Positions 25,345-39,710 of a stretch of DNA of 64,000 bases are shown piece by piece. Below the pieces are notes generated by a model that saw only the letters and a program-made list of their open reading frames with translations, was not told the origin of the DNA and ran no database searches. Positions within the stretch are counted from its first letter, which is position 1. Every line of letters begins with the position of its first letter. The DNA comes from Squalus acanthias (lineage: Eukaryota), in the NCBI GenBank assembly GCA_030390025.1, contig JASTWF010000034.1, positions 5,270,001-5,334,000 on the forward strand. The letters are read 5' to 3'. The position numbers were made by a program, and so were the translations under genes.

Positions 25345-26806
25345 CACTTCCACACCCCTATATAATAACTGTGTATAATAGACCCGTGAGACCCCCTATA
25401 AATTATACCGTGACACCCCTCATAAACTTTACCCGTGACTCATCCTGTATACTATACCGGTGGTACTCCCCTGTATACTATACCCGTGACACTCCCCCTG
25501 TATATTATACCCATGACACTCCACCTGTATACTATACCCGTGACACCCCATTTAATATACCCGTGACAACCCCCTGTATACTATACCCGTGACACCCCGT
25601 ATACTATACCCCAGTGACACTCCCCTGTATACTATACCCGTGACACCACGTATACTATACCCCAGTGACACTCCCCCGTATACTATACCCCTCTGACACC
25701 ACCTCTATACTATACCTGTGACACCCCCTGTATACTATACCCGTGACAATCCCCTGTATACTATAGTCCTGTGACACCTCCCACGTATATTATACCCGTG
25801 ACACCCCCATTATACTATACCCGTGACAGCCCCCTGTATACTATACCTGTGACACCCCCTGCACACTATACCCATGACAGCCCCCTGTATACTATACCCA
25901 TGACACTCCCCCTTAATACTATACACGTGACAACCCCTGTATACTATTCCCCTGTAACACCGCCCCCTGTATACTATACCCGTGACACTCCCCTGTATAT
26001 TATACCAGTGACACCCCCTGTATACTATACCCCTGTGACACACCCCCGTATACTATGCCGCTGTTACACAACTCCAGTATACTATAGCCGTGTGACAGCA
26101 CCCACGTATACTAGACACCTGTGACACCCCCTGTACACTATACCTGTGACACGCCACTGTATACTACACCCGTGACACGCCACTGTGTACTATAACCCTG
26201 TGACTCCACCCTGTATACTACACCCCTATGAAACCCCCCTGTATACTACACCCCTGTGAAACCCACCAGTATACTACACCCCTGTGAAACCCACCAGTAT
26301 AACATAGCCCTGTGACACCCCACAGTATACTATACGCGTGACACGCCACTGTACACTATAACCCCGTGACACCCCCTGTACACAATATCGCGTGACAATC
26401 CCCTGTATACTAAAGCCCAGTGACACCCCCTGTATAATATATCCGTGATACACACCAGTATACTATAGCCCTGTGACACCCCCTGTACACCATAACCACA
26501 ACACGCCCTTGTATACTATACCCGTGACACGCCACTGTATACTATAACCCTGTGACCCCCCCAGTATACTATACCCCTGTGAAACCCCCCTGTATACTTT
26601 AACCCTGTGACACCCCCTGTATACTATACCCCCGTGACACCACCCCTGTATACTATACCCCAGTGACACTCCCCCTGTATAATTTACCCTTGTCACACCA
26701 CCCCTGTATACTATACCCCTCTGACACACCCTGTATACTAGACCCGTGACAATCCCCTGTATAGTATACTCACGTGATACCCCCTGTATATTATACCCCT
26801 GTGACA
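25345..26806 (+). repeat. ~26-bp degenerate minisatellite (CCCCTGTATACTATACCCGTGACA)
   Basis: Direct periodicity. Confidence 0.92.
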
Positions 26807-28777
26807 CGGGAGAGTTCAAAAGCAGCGGGTGCAGAGCGAGAGCGCCAAAACCCGGGAGAGTTCCAACCCTGGGTGCAGAACGAGAGCGCCAAAACCCGGG
26901 AGATTTCAAACCCCGGGAACAGAGCGAGAGCGCCAAAACCCGGGAGAGTTCAAAATCAGCGGGAGCAGAGCGAGAGCGCCAAATCCCGGGAGAGTTCAAA
27001 CCGCGGGAACAGAGCGAGAGAGTCAAAACCCAGGAGAGTCCAAACCGTGGGAACAGAGCGAGAGAGCCAAAACCCGAGAGAGTTCAAACCGCGGGAACAG
27101 AGCGAGAGAGTCAAAACCCGGGAGAGTCCAAACCGCGGGAACAGAGCGAGGGAGCCAAAACCCGGGAGAGTTCAAACCGCGGGAACAGAGCGAGAGCTTC
27201 AAAACCCGGGAGAGTTCAAACCGCGGGAACAGAGCGAGAGCGCCAAAATCCGGGAGAGTTCAAACCCCGGGAACAGAGCGAGAGCGTCGAAACTCGGGAG
27301 AGTTCAAACCCCGGGAACAGAGCGAGAGCGTCAAAACCCGGGAGAGTTCAAAACCCGGGAACAGAGCAAGAGCGTCAAAACCCGGGAGAGTTCAAACCCC
27401 GGGAACAGAGCGAGAGCGTCAAAACCCGAGAGAGTTCAAACCCTGGGAGCAGAGCGAAAGCGCCAAAACCCGGGAGAGTTCAAACCCCGGGAACAGAGGC
27501 AGAACGTCAAAACCCGGGAGAGTTCAAACCCCGGGAACAGAGCGAGAGCGCCAAAACCCGGGAGAGTTCAAACCCCGGGAACAGAGCGAGAGCGCCAAAA
27601 CCCGGGAGAGTTCAAAACCCGGGAGAGTTCAAAACCCGGGAACAGAGTGAGAGCGCCAAAACCCGGGAGTGTTCAAACCCCGGGAACAGAGCGAGAGCGC
27701 CAAAACCCGGGAGTGTTCAAACCCCGGGAACAGAGCGAGAGCGCCAAAACCCGGGAGATTTCAAACCCCGGGAAAAGAGCGAGAGCGTCAAAACCCGGGA
27801 GAGTTCAAACCGCGGGAACAGAGCGAGAGAGTCAAAACCCAGGAGAGTCCAAACCGTGGGAACAGAGCGAGAGAGCCAAAACCCGAGAGAGTTCAAACCG
27901 CGGGAACAGAGCAAGAGAGTCAAAACCCGGGAGAGTCCAAACCACGGGAACAGAGCGAGGGAGCCAAAACCCGGGAGAGTTCAAACCGCGGGAACAGAGC
28001 GAGAGCTTCAAAACCCGGGAGAGTTCAAACCGCGGGAACAGAGCGAGAGCGCCAAAATCCGGGAGAGTTCAAACCCCGGGAACGGAGCGAGAGCGTCAAA
28101 ACCCGGGAGAGTTCAAACCCCGGGAACAGAGCGAGAGCGTCAAAACCCGGGAGAGTTCAAACCCCGGGAACAGAGCGAGAGCGCCAAAACCCGGGAGAGT
28201 TCAAAACCCGGGAGAGTTCAAAACCCAGGAACAGAGCGAGAGCGCCAAAACCCGGGAGTGTTCAAAACCCGGGAACAGAGCGAGAGCGCCAAAACCTGGA
28301 GGAGTTCAAAACCCGGGAACAGAGCGAGAGCGCCAAAACCGGGGAGAGTTCAAAACCCGGGAACAGAGCGAGAGCGCCAAAACCTGGGAGAGTTCAAAAC
28401 CCGGGAACAGAGCGAGAGCGCCAAAACCTAGGAGAGTTCAAACCCCGGGAGCAGAGCGAGAGCGCCAAAATCCGGGAGAGTTCAGAACCCGGGAACAGAG
28501 CGAGAGCGACAAAACCCGGGAGTGTTCAAAACCCGGGAACAGAGCGAGAGCGCCAAAACCTGGAGGAGTTCAAAACCCGGGAACAGAGCGAGAGCGCCAA
28601 AACCGGGGAGAGTTCAAAACCCGGGAACAGAGCGAGAGCGCCAAAACCTGGGAGAGTTCAAAACCCGGGAACAGAGCGAGAGCGCCAAAACCCGGGAGAG
28701 TTCAAAACCCGGGTATAGAGCGAGAGCGACAAAACCCGGGAGAGTTCAAAACCCGGGAGAGTTCAAAACCCGGGAGA
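26807..28777 (+). repeat. 44-bp tandem array (GGGAGAGTTCAAACCCCGGGAACAGAGCGAGAGCGCCAAAACCC), about 45 units
   Basis: Direct periodicity; T-poor plus strand explains the long spurious ORFs. Confidence 0.95.
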
Positions 28778-31700
28778 CGCTGAAGTACAACGGACCGGTG
28801 AGTGTAAACAAGTAAAAAGTAATCGAAGTGTGACGTCACCAGAAAGCAGGTAAGTGATTGGTTGGTGAGTATTTCTCTATTTCTCGCTTTTTTCCCCAAA
28901 CGTGAGCGTCTAAATTTAAGTGACTTGGTGTAGATTAAAAGATATAAGCGTTTCAAATTTTAAAAGTAATTAATTAATTGAGATGGGAGACCAGGCAATG
29001 TGTTGTTGTTGTTGCATTTGGGAGCTCCTGGACACCATTGAGGTCCAGGCGACCACATCTGCAGCAAATGCAGGATGCTCGATGAAATTCGGCTCAGACT
29101 TGATGAGCTGGAGTCCGAGCTTCAGACATTGGGACACATCAGGGAAGGGGGAGCATTACCTGGACACTAAGTTCCAGGAGGCAGTCACACCAACTAGAAT
29201 AATTACTTCCAATTTGGCCCATGGTCAGGGACAGGAGGGTGTGACTACAAGTGAGGCAGGTATTGGGTTCCAGGAGGAAGTGGTGGAGGAGCCTCAGCCC
29301 TTGGCCTTGTCCAACAGGTACGAGATTCTTGCTCCCTGTGTGGATGAGGCCAGGGATGGCAGGGAGGATGAGAAAACTGACCACAGCAACGTGGTACAGC
29401 GAGCCATTCCAGTTGAGGGAGCAAAAATAATAATTTTAGTGATGGGGACAGTATAGTGAGGGGGATAGATAGTGTTCTCTGCAGCCATGAGCCTGAGTTC
29501 CCGAAGGCTGGGTTGCCTGCCCGGTGCCAGGGTTAAGGACATTTCCTCTGGGCTGGAGAGAAACTTGGAGTGGGAGGGGGAAGATCCAGTTGTCATGGTC
29601 CACGTAGGTACCAATGACATAGGTAGGACAAAGAAAGAGTTTCAGCTGAGAGAGTATGAGCAGCTAGGGGCTAAATTATAAAGCAAAACCACAAAGGTAA
29701 TAATCTCTGGATTACTACCTGAACCACGAGCGAATTTGCACAGGGTAAATAAGATCAGAGAAATAAGCGAGTGGCTCAAAGACTGCTGTGGGAGAAATGG
29801 GTTTCGATTTGTGGGGCACTGGCATCAGTATTGGGATAAGAGGGAGCTCTTCCGTTTGGACGGGCTTCACTTGAACCATGCTGGGGCTAGAGTCCTGGCA
29901 AATCGAATAACTAGGGCTGTAGAGAGGGCTTTAAACTAAATAGTCGGTGGGAGGATCCAGGTGAGTGGGAAAATTAAAAGTCAATGAGAAATGAGAATGC
30001 AATAGAGCAGGCTAGAGATGGGGGAAATAATAACCAGAGTATGACAGGAAGGGACAGAATGTTTAAAAATAAGAGTGCAACAGAAAAAATGTCAAAACAA
30101 GGAAAAATGGTGAAAAGACAAAGTTAAAAGCTCTATATCTGAATGCACGCAGCATTCGTAACAAGGTAAATGAATTGACGGCACAAATAGATACAAATGG
30201 GTATGATCTGATGGCCAAGTAAAGGATGGCATCAAATTGAAAACGGACGCATAAAATGTTGCCAAGATTGGTGTGAGACCAGAGGATTGGGAAAATTTTA
30301 AAAACCAACAAATGATGACTAAAAAAGTAATGAATAGAGAGAAGATGAATTATGAAAGTAAGCTGGCAAGAAACATTAAAACAGATAGTAAGAGCTTCTA
30401 CAGGTATATAAAAAGGAAGAGGGTAGCTAAAGTAAACGTTGTCCCCTTAGAGGATGAGACTTGGGAATTAATAATGGGGAACGGGAAAATGGCGGAGACT
30501 CTGAACAAATATTTTGCATCGCTCTTCACTTTAGAAGACACTCACAACATCCCAATAATGAATAATCAAGGGGCCAAAGGGAGTGGAGAACTAAGGACAA
30601 TCACTATCACTAAGGAAACAGTACTCGGTAAAATAATGGGACTAAAAGACGACAAGTCCCCTGGAACAGATGGCCTGCATCCCAGGGTCTTAAAAGAAGT
30701 GGCTGCAGAGATACTGGATGCATTGGCTGCAATATCCCAAAATTCCCTGGACTCTGGAGAGGTCCCAGCGGATTGGAAAACCGCTAATGTAACACCGCTA
30801 TTTAAGAAAGTAGGGAGAAAGAAAGGAGGAATCTATAGACCAGTTTGCCTAACATCTGTCGTTGGGAAAATGCTGGAGTTCTTCATTAAGGAAGCAATAG
30901 CAGGGCATTTAGAATAATATACTGCAGTCAAAGTTGCTAGAGTTCTTTGAGGATGCAACAAGCAGGGTGGACAAGGGTGAACCAGTATTTGGATTTCCAG
31001 AAGGCATTCAAAAAGGTGCCACATAAAAGGTTACTGCAAAAGATAAGAGCTCACGGAGTTGGGGGTAATATATTAGTATGGATACAGAATTGGCTAACTA
31101 ACAAAAAGCAGAGATTCGGGATAAATGGGTAATTTTCTGGTTGGCAAACGGTAACTAGTGGGGTGCCACAAGGATCGGTGCTGGGGCCCCAACTATTTAC
31201 AATCTACATTAATGTCTTGGATGAAGGGATCGAGTGTAATGTAGCCAAGTTTGCGGATGATACAAAGATGAGTGGAAAAACACGTTGTGCAGAGGACTCA
31301 ATGAATCTGCAAACGGATATAGACAGGCTAGGTGAGTGGGCAAACATTTGGCAGATGGAGTATAATGTGGGAAAGTGCGAGGTTATACACTTTGGCAGGA
31401 AAAATAAAAAAACACGCTATTATTTAAATGGAGAGAGTTTACAAAATGCTACAGTTCAGAGGGACCTGGGGGTGCTTGTGCATGAAACACAAAAAGTTAG
31501 CATGCAGCTAGAGCAAATAATCAAAAAGGCAAATGGAATGTTGGCCTTTATTTCAAGGGGGTTGGAGTATATAAGCAAGGAGTCCTGCTACAACTGTACA
31601 AGGTATTGGTGAGACCACATCTTGAGTACTGCGCACAGTTTTGGTCTCCTTATGCAAGGAAGGATATACTTGCATTGGAGGCAGTTCAGAGACGATTCAC

Positions 31701-32172
31701 TAGGTTAATTCCAGAGATGAGGGGGTTGACTTATGAGGAAAGGTTGAGCAGGCTGGCCCTATACTGATTGGAATTTAGAAGAATGCGATGTGATCTTATC
31801 GAAACATATATTATACTGAGGGGCTCGACAGGTTAGATGCAGAGAGGATGTTTCCCCTCATGGTGAAACCTGGAACTCGGGGGCACAGTCAAAGAATAAA
31901 AGGTCGCCCTTTAGAACTGAGATGAGGAGGAATTTCTTCTCTCAGAGGCTCGTAAATCTGTGCAATTCTCAGCCCAAGAGAACTGTGGAGGCTGGGTCAC
32001 TAAATACATTTAAAGTGAAGACAGACACATTATTGCAAGATAAGGGAGTGAAGGGTTATGGGGAGCGGGCTGGGAAGTTGCTTTGAGCCCAAGATCAGCC
32101 ATGATCTTATTGAATAGCGGAGCAGGCTCGAGGGGCCAAGTGGCTTTTTCCTGCTTCTATTTCTTATGTTTT
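28778..32172 (+). mobile_element. CR1 LINE with 5' UTR, esterase ORF1 and internally deleted ORF2
   Basis: HVGTNDIG and DGLHLN; EN start LNARSIRNK followed by a deletion near 30215; RT motifs PQGSVLGP and FADD; 3' tail. Confidence 0.9.
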
Positions 32173-32253
32173 GCTTAGGGTAATCAGAGCTCAGATCAAT
32201 CAAGGCTTTAAACTTTTCTAACAAATTAGATTTATTAACGTTCAAATACAACA

Positions 32254-32335
32254 AGTTTTGCAACAGTGTTCGAACGTTCCCAGGCAAAGCTCTGAAATTT
32301 CGACTCCAACGCCTTTACCATTCGGATATCGCAGC
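32254..32335 (-). pseudogene. Degenerate tRNA-Ser(CGA)-like sequence
   Basis: Minus strand GCTGCGATATCCGAATGGTAAAGGCGTTGGAGTCGAAAT...GTTCGAAC resembles vertebrate tRNA-Ser(CGA); stems are disrupted. Confidence 0.62.
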
Positions 32336-33266
32336 TGCTTAAGTGCAGCGGTCAGCTGAAATGCACAAATCGCGGATCCTGCACTGAGTGTTTAATCTCG
32401 GCAATGACCATTTCGCTGGTTTCGTGATATTCAATTTGCTGCAAATTCATTAAATTGAAAAGAGTCGCAGCGATCATTACAATAAACTAAACCCTCCGAT
32501 ATTGAAGAGGAGTATAACATGTTGAGAACAGTTTCCAATATTCTGCAGGATAACGCAAATAAACAGCAGGAATATTGTGTTCTGCTCCCACATGACACAG
32601 ATTAGCCTCAGGCTCTGCTCCTTGCCCGCCGGCTGCTGAAACCTTGTCTCCAGATGATAAACTGATTCTAAACTGGATCTAAAGATTCAGGAAAGAGCCT
32701 AAACACAGCGGGTGAGATTAAATATATAAAGCAGTTATTTTAGACCAGAGGCAGCGTTAAATCACATATATTTCTCAAATGCATCAATGTATGAATATGA
32801 CACTAAATGTGTTTAAGTACAGTAGGGGGATTTGAAACAGATTCGGGGCCAGTGGTTTCCAAGGTGATCTGAGCTGTGGCTCTTTTGCCTCTTTCTCCCC
32901 TTCCTCCCACACGCTGCCGGTTCTCAACATTGTATTAAATCTCCTGCTCTGGGCCATTCAGCACATTTTAATTCATCCCTCCAGAACAACCATAGACTTC
33001 ACCCCATTGCTCAATCCAGTTGTTTCCTAAATAATTCCGGTAATTTCACCACCATCGCTGGGCCTGGAGTCCATTGGAAGTGTTGATCATTCTCCTGATA
33101 TCAGTCCGAAATAGTTCACTTTTAAATTTGAGCTTCTTCCAACTTGTTCCTTCGCCCACAATGTAATTTGAATTAGTTTTCCACACAAGTTACTAACTTG
33201 TTTATCTGTGTAATACCATGTCACAGTAGCCTCCATTCTAAGCTGATATGTCCAAAGTGTCGACAA

Positions 33267-36200
33267 TGGCCCAGAAATTCGATTTCGATGGTTGCCGCGG
33301 GGGAAAGTATCCCCCGCGATATCGCACTCCGCGCCTACCTTTATGGTTTTGGCCCACACGAACTTCTGCTCCTGGGCCTCTCCCTGGTGCCGGCGCGCAG
33401 TGTGTGCGTGTCCCAGAGGCGCAGTTAGTTCGATGCTACCTCTGGGATCACGTGGGCCAGTTAGAGCCAATGGCAGCACACTGTCTTTAATTCATAGTTT
33501 TGTCAGGAAGAGCTGTCAAAACTATGAATACAACAAGCTCCCAAAAGAACAGCTAAACCTCAATTAAATTTAAAAAAAGCCACCACATTAATAAAATCAC
33601 TATAGTTAAATAAATTAACCACTATAAACAAAAATTTAGAATTTTGAAAAAATTTAAATTCTTTTTAAAAGTTATGAAAATAAACTTACCTTTCTTTAAA
33701 GTATCTAAACAAGATAAACCTGTTGAAAAAAATTAAAAATAATACTTATTTAACTACTTACCTTGTTAAAAGGGGGTCTTACGCCTGCTTTCTTTATGTG
33801 TAAAATCTTCATAGAAACATAGAAAATAGGTGCAGGAGTAGACCATTCGATCCTTCGAGCCTGCACCACCATTCAATGCGTTCATGGCTGAACATGCTAC
33901 CTCAGTACCCCATTCCTGCTTTCTCGCCATACCCCTTGATCCCCCTAGTTGTGAGTATTATATTTAACTCCCTTTTGAATATATTTAGCGAACTGGCCTC
34001 AACAACCTTCTGTGGTAGAGAATTCCACAGATTCACCACTCTCTGGGTGAAGAAGTTCCTCCTCATCTCAGTCTTACATGGCTTCCCCTTTATCCTTAGA
34101 CTGTGACCCCTTGTTTTAGTTTTGCCTAACATTGGAAACATTCTGCCCGCATCTAATTTGTCTAAACCAGTCAGGATTTTAAACGTCTCTATATATCCCC
34201 CCTCATTCTTCTGAACTCCAGAGGATACAAGTTCAGTTGATCCAGTCTTTCTTGATATGTCAGTCTGGCCATCCCAGGAATCAATCTAGTGAACCTTCGT
34301 TGCACTCCCTCAATAGCAAGAATGTCCTTCCTCAAGTTAGGAGACCAAAACTGCACACAATACTCCAGGTGTGGCCTCACCAAGGCCTGTACAACTGTAG
34401 CATCACCTCCCTACTCCTGTACTCAAATTCCCTTGCTATGAAGGCCATCATGCCATTTGCTTTCTTGACTGCCTGCTGCACTTGCCTTCCTACCTTCAGT
34501 GACTGATGTACCATGACGCCCAGGTCTCGTTGCACCTCCCCTTTCCCTAATCTGCCACCATTCAGGTAATAGTCTGCCTCCCTATTTTTACCACCAAAGT
34601 GGATAACCTCACATTTATCCACATTGTACTTCATCTGCCATACATTTGCCCATTCACCCAACCTGTCCAAGTCACTCTGTAGCCTCCTGGCATCCTCCTC
34701 ATTGTTCACACTGCCTCCCAATTTAGTGTCATCCGCAAATTTGGAGATATTACAATTAATCCCTTCATCCAAATCATTAATATATAATGTAAACAGCTGG
34801 GGCCCCAGCATCGAACACTGCGGTACCCCGCTGGTCACTGCCTGCCATTTTGAAAAGTACCCATTTACTCCTACTCTTTGTTTCCTGTGTGCCAACCAGT
34901 TCTCAATCCACGTCAACACATTACCCCCAATCCCATGTGCTTTAACTTTGCACACCAATCTCTTGTGTGGGACCTTGTTGAAGGCCTTCTGAAAGTCCAA
35001 ATACACCACATCTACTGGTTCCCCCCCCCGTCCACCCTATTGGAAACATCCTCAAAAAAATTTCCAGAAGATTTGTCAAGCATGATTTCCCTTTCACAAA
35101 TCCATGCTGACTTGGACCTATCATGTCGCCACTTTCAAAATGGTCTGTTATGACATCTTTAATAATTGATTCCATCATTTTACACACCACCGAAGTCAGG
35201 CTGACCGGTCTATAATTCCCTGCTTTCTCCCTCCCTCCTTTTTTAAAAAGAGGGGTTACATTAGCCACCCTCCACTCCTTTGGAACTGATCCAGAGTCTA
35301 AGGAATGTTGGAAAATGATCGTCAATGCATCCACTATTTCCATGGCCACCTCCTTAAGTACTCTGGGATGCAGACCATCAGGCCCTGGGGATTTATCAGC
35401 CTGCAGTCCCATCAATTTCCCCAACACCTTTTCCCGACTGATAAGGATTTCCCTCAGCTCCTCCCTCTTACCAGATCCTTTGATCTCTTTTATTTCCGGA
35501 AGGTTGTTTGTGTCCTCCACAGTAAACACCGAACCAATGTACTTGTTCAATTGATCTGCCATTTCTTTGTTCCCCATTATGACTTCCCCTGTTTCTGACT
35601 GCAGGGGACCTACGTTTGTTTTTACTAACCTCTTTCTTTTTACATATTTATAGAAGCTTTTGCAGTCCGTTTTAATGTTCTCCGCAAGCTTCCTTTCATA
35701 TTTTATTTTCCCTGCCCTAATCAAACCCTTCGTCCTCATCTGCTGAGTTTTAAAGTTCTCCCTGTCCCCGGGTTTGCTGATACTTCTGGCCAATTTGTAT
35801 GCCACTTCCTTGCTTTTAATACTATCCCTGATTTCCCTTGTTAGCCATGGTTGAGCCACCTTCCCTTTTTTATTTTTACGCCAGAAAGGGATGTACAATT
35901 GCTGTAGTTCATCCATGCGATCTCTAAATGTCCGCCATTGTCCTTCCACTGATAACCCCTTAAATATCGCTTGCCAATCTAACCTCGCCAATTCACGCCT
36001 CATACCCTCAAAGTTGCCCTTATTTAAGTTCTGGACCATGGTCTCTGAATTAATTGTTTCCTTCTCCATCCTAATGTAGAACTCCACCATACTATGGTCA
36101 CTCTTCCCCAAGGGGCCTCGCACCACAAGATTGCTGATTAGTCTTTCCTCATTACACAACACCCAGTCCAGGATGGCCTCCCCTCTAGTTGGTTCCTCAA

Positions 36201-37683
36201 CATATTGGTTTAGGAAACCATCCCTTAAACACTCCAGGAAATCCTCCTCCACCGTATTGCTTCCAGTTTGAGTAGCCCAATCTATATGCATATTAAAGTC
36301 ACCCATGATAACTGCTGCGCCTTTTTTGCATGCACCTCTGATTTCCTGTTTCATACCCTCCCCCACCTCACTACTACTGTTTGGAGGTCTGTACACAACC
36401 CCCACTAACGTTTTCTGCCCTTTGGTGTTCTGCAGCTCAACCCATATTGATTCCGCATCCTCCAAGCTATTGACCTTCCTAGCTATTACATTAATCTCAT
36501 TTTTAACCAGCAATGCTACCCCACCCCCTTTTCCTTTTAGTCTATCCTTCCTGAATGTTGAATACCCCCGGATATTCAGTTCCCAGCCTTGATTGTTCTG
36601 GAGCCACGTCTCTGTATTCCCAATCACATCATATCCGTTAACATCAATTTGCACAGTCAATTCATCCACCTTATTACGGATACTACTTGCATTAAGACAC
36701 AGAGCCTTTAGGCTTGTTTTATTAACACCCTTTGTCCTTTTAGACTTATGATTTAGTATGGCCCTTTGTGTTTCTTGCCTTTGTTTACTCGGATTTCCCT
36801 TATTGTTTCTCACCCTTCTAACATTTGTTTCTGACTGCATATTACTTCCCCCTGTTTCGCTACATAGGTTCCCATTCCCCTGCCATATTAGTTTAAATCC
36901 TCCCGAACTGCCTTAGAAAATATTACCCCGAGGACATCTGTTTCAGTCCTGCCCAAGTGCAGACCGTCCCTTTTGTACAGGTCCCACTTCCCCCAGAACT
37001 GGTTCCAATACCTCAGTTATTTGAATCCCTCCCTCCTGCACCACTGCTCAAGCCACGTATTTAATCTCGCTATCCTGTTGATGCTACTCTGATTAGCACT
37101 TGGCACTGGTAGCAACCCAGAGATTATTACCTTTGAGGTCCTACTTTTCAATTTAGCTCCTAGCTCCCTAAATTCTGCTTGTAGGACCTCTTCCCGCTTT
37201 CTACCTATATCGTTGGTACCTACATGCACCACGACAGCTGGCTCTTCACCCTTCCTTTCCAGAATATTCTGCAGCCGCTCCGAGACATCCTTGACCCTTG
37301 CACCAGGGAGGCAACATACCATCCTGGAATCTCGGTTGCGGCCACAGATACTCCTGTCTATTCCCCTTACAATTGAGTCCCCTATCACTATAGCTCTATC
37401 ACTCTTTTTCCCGCCCTGCTGTGCAGCAGAGCCAGCCATGGTGCCATGAACCTGGCTGCTGGTGCCTTCCCCTGGTAGGTCATTTCCCCCAACAGTATCC
37501 AAAACGGTATATCTGTTTTGGAGGGAGACGACCGCAGTTCACTTAGGAACCGCCCCCTTCACAATACCCAAAGTGCCGGTTTCCCGCGCATGCACAGTGC
37601 ATGCAGGAAACCGGCACTTCGGGACCTAATACGCGAGAGTACACTGTGCGTAATCTCCCGTATTAAGTCTAATTTTCGGGCCA
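33267..37683. mobile_element. Non-autonomous TIR element (Harbinger-like MITE) split by a CR1 insertion
   Basis: TGGCCCAGAAATT at 33267 and AATTTTCGGGCCA ending at 37683 are imperfect inverted ends; TSD not clean. Confidence 0.5.
33810..37530 (-). mobile_element. Relatively young CR1 LINE: ORF1 esterase part and near-complete APE-RT ORF2 with a few frameshifts
   Basis: ORFs 37017-37502, 34942-36840 (632 aa; NASS, TETW, YRPP, GDFN, SDH), 34377-35009 (FADD) and 33902-34383. Confidence 0.95.
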
Positions 37684-37884
37684 TTAACTCCAGCAGGTAA
37701 AACCCTCCCGGCGTGTATGTTTGTTCTACAGGATCGGAGTGTGTCTGGTGCTGCTGCTCCCTCCTCTAGCCGTTGTGCAGTATTGCACCACATGCTCCCT
37801 CTACTGGCTGCTGCGCAGTACTGCTGTGTATGGGTGAACCTGGTCCAATTTCGAACTCCTCTGCTTCTAGCTCTTTCATGAGGA

Positions 37885-38985
37885 CGTAAGAACATAAGAA
37901 ATAGAAGCTTGAGTAGGCCATTTGACCCTTAGAGCTTGCTCCGCCATTCAATAAGATCATGGCTGATCTTCTACCTCATCTCCACTTTCCTGCACTATCC
38001 CCATATCCCTTGATACCTTATTATTCAAAAATCTATCGATCTCTGTTCTGAATAAACTCAACGACTGAGTCTGCATAGCCCTCTGTGGTAGCGAATTCCA
38101 AAGATTCACCATCCTCTTCTCAGTCCTAAGTGGCCGACCACTTATTCTGAGACTGTGACCCCTGGTTCGAGACTCCCAAGTCAGAGGAAACATCCTCCCT
38201 GCATCTACCCTGTCAAGCCCTGTAAGAATTTTCTCTGTTTCAATAAGATCACCTCTCATTCTTCAAAACTCTAGAAAATATAGGCCTTGTCTACTCAATC
38301 TCTCCTCATAGGACAATCCCCCCATCCCAGTAACAAGTCTTCTGAACCTTCGTTGCACTCCCTGTATGACAAGTATATCCTTCTTTAGGTAAGGAAACCA
38401 AAACTGTACACAATACTCCAGGTGTGGTCTCACCAAGGCCCTATATAATTGCAGTAAGACGTCTTTGCTCTTATACTCAAATCCTCTTGTAATAAAGGCC
38501 AACATACCATTTGTTTTCCTAAGTGCTTGCTCTTCCTGCAGGTTAACTTTCAGTGATCCGTGTACAAGAAAACCCAAATCCCTCTGAACAGCAACATTTT
38601 CCAATCTCTCACCAGTTAAAAAATACTCTGCTTTTATATTTTCCTAACAAAGTGGATAATTTCACATTTCTCCACATAATAATCAATTTGCCTTGTTCTT
38701 GCCCACTCACATCGCCTGTCTATATCCCCTTGAAGCCTCCTTGCATCCACTCACAACTTGCATTCCCACCCAGCTTTGTATCATCAGCAAACTTGGATAC
38801 ATTACATTTGGTCCCCTCGTCCAAATCAATGATATAAATTGTGAAGAGCTGAGGCCCAAGCACTGATCATTGCGTTACCCCACTAGTTACAGCCTGCCAA
38901 CCCGAAAATGAACCTTTTATTCCTGCTCTCTGTTTTGTGTCCTCAAACCATGCTACTATATTACCCCCAGTCCCATGAGCCCTAA
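37885..38985 (-). mobile_element. 5'-truncated CR1 LINE
   Basis: ORFs 37957-38259 and 38263-38604; TAAGAACA tail. Confidence 0.88.
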
Positions 38986-39459
38986 ACTCCACGGCCTTTC
39001 CGACCTCCTCGACCCTTCCTGTATCCCTTGTAGCCCTTTCAATACATCTCTCGACCATTATCCACATCTGACCGTCCCGCAACTGCATAAAACCTGCGCT
39101 CTTCGTAATGCAGTCTGTGCTTGTAATTTCCAGTACTTCTGATATTGGGATCGAAACATTTCAGGTGTCTGTCATCACCTCTTTAAGGTTTTTGTTCTTT
39201 TACAATCCATCATTACACCATTTGTAGAGTTTTATGATTTCTTTTGATAAAAACCTGCATGGGACAGTGCAGAGGGAGCTTTACTCTGAATCTAACCCGT
39301 GCTGTACCTGCTCTGAGAGTGTTTGGTGGAACAGTGTAGAGGGAGATTTACTCTGAATCTAACCCGTGCTGGAACTGCCCTGGGACTGTTTGATGGGACA
39401 GTGTAGAGAGAGATTTACTCTGTATCTAACCCGTGCTGTACCTGCCCTGGGAGTGTTTG

Positions 39460-39710
39460 AGTGTCTCACTCCCTCTCTCTCTACATCTCGTTCCCTCTCT
39501 CTCTACATCTCGCTCCCTCTGTCTTTCTCTTTCTCAATGTCTATCCATCTGTCCCTCTCTTTCGCTGTTTCCTCTCTCTGCTGCCGTCCATGTCTCCATC
39601 TCTCTCTCCCTCGTCTTCTCTTCTGCCAACACGCTATCTCTATCCGTACTTCTCTCCTTCTCCCTGTCCACCTTTCTTTTTTACTCTCTCCCTCTCTCTC
39701 TGTTCCCACT
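39460..39710 (+). repeat. CT-rich low-complexity tract
   Basis: Direct reading. Confidence 0.85.

Noticed and set aside
26746..28815. Long ORFs of 561, 669 and 349 aa
   Set aside because: Produced by a T-poor 44-bp tandem repeat that is open in all plus frames; no domain content
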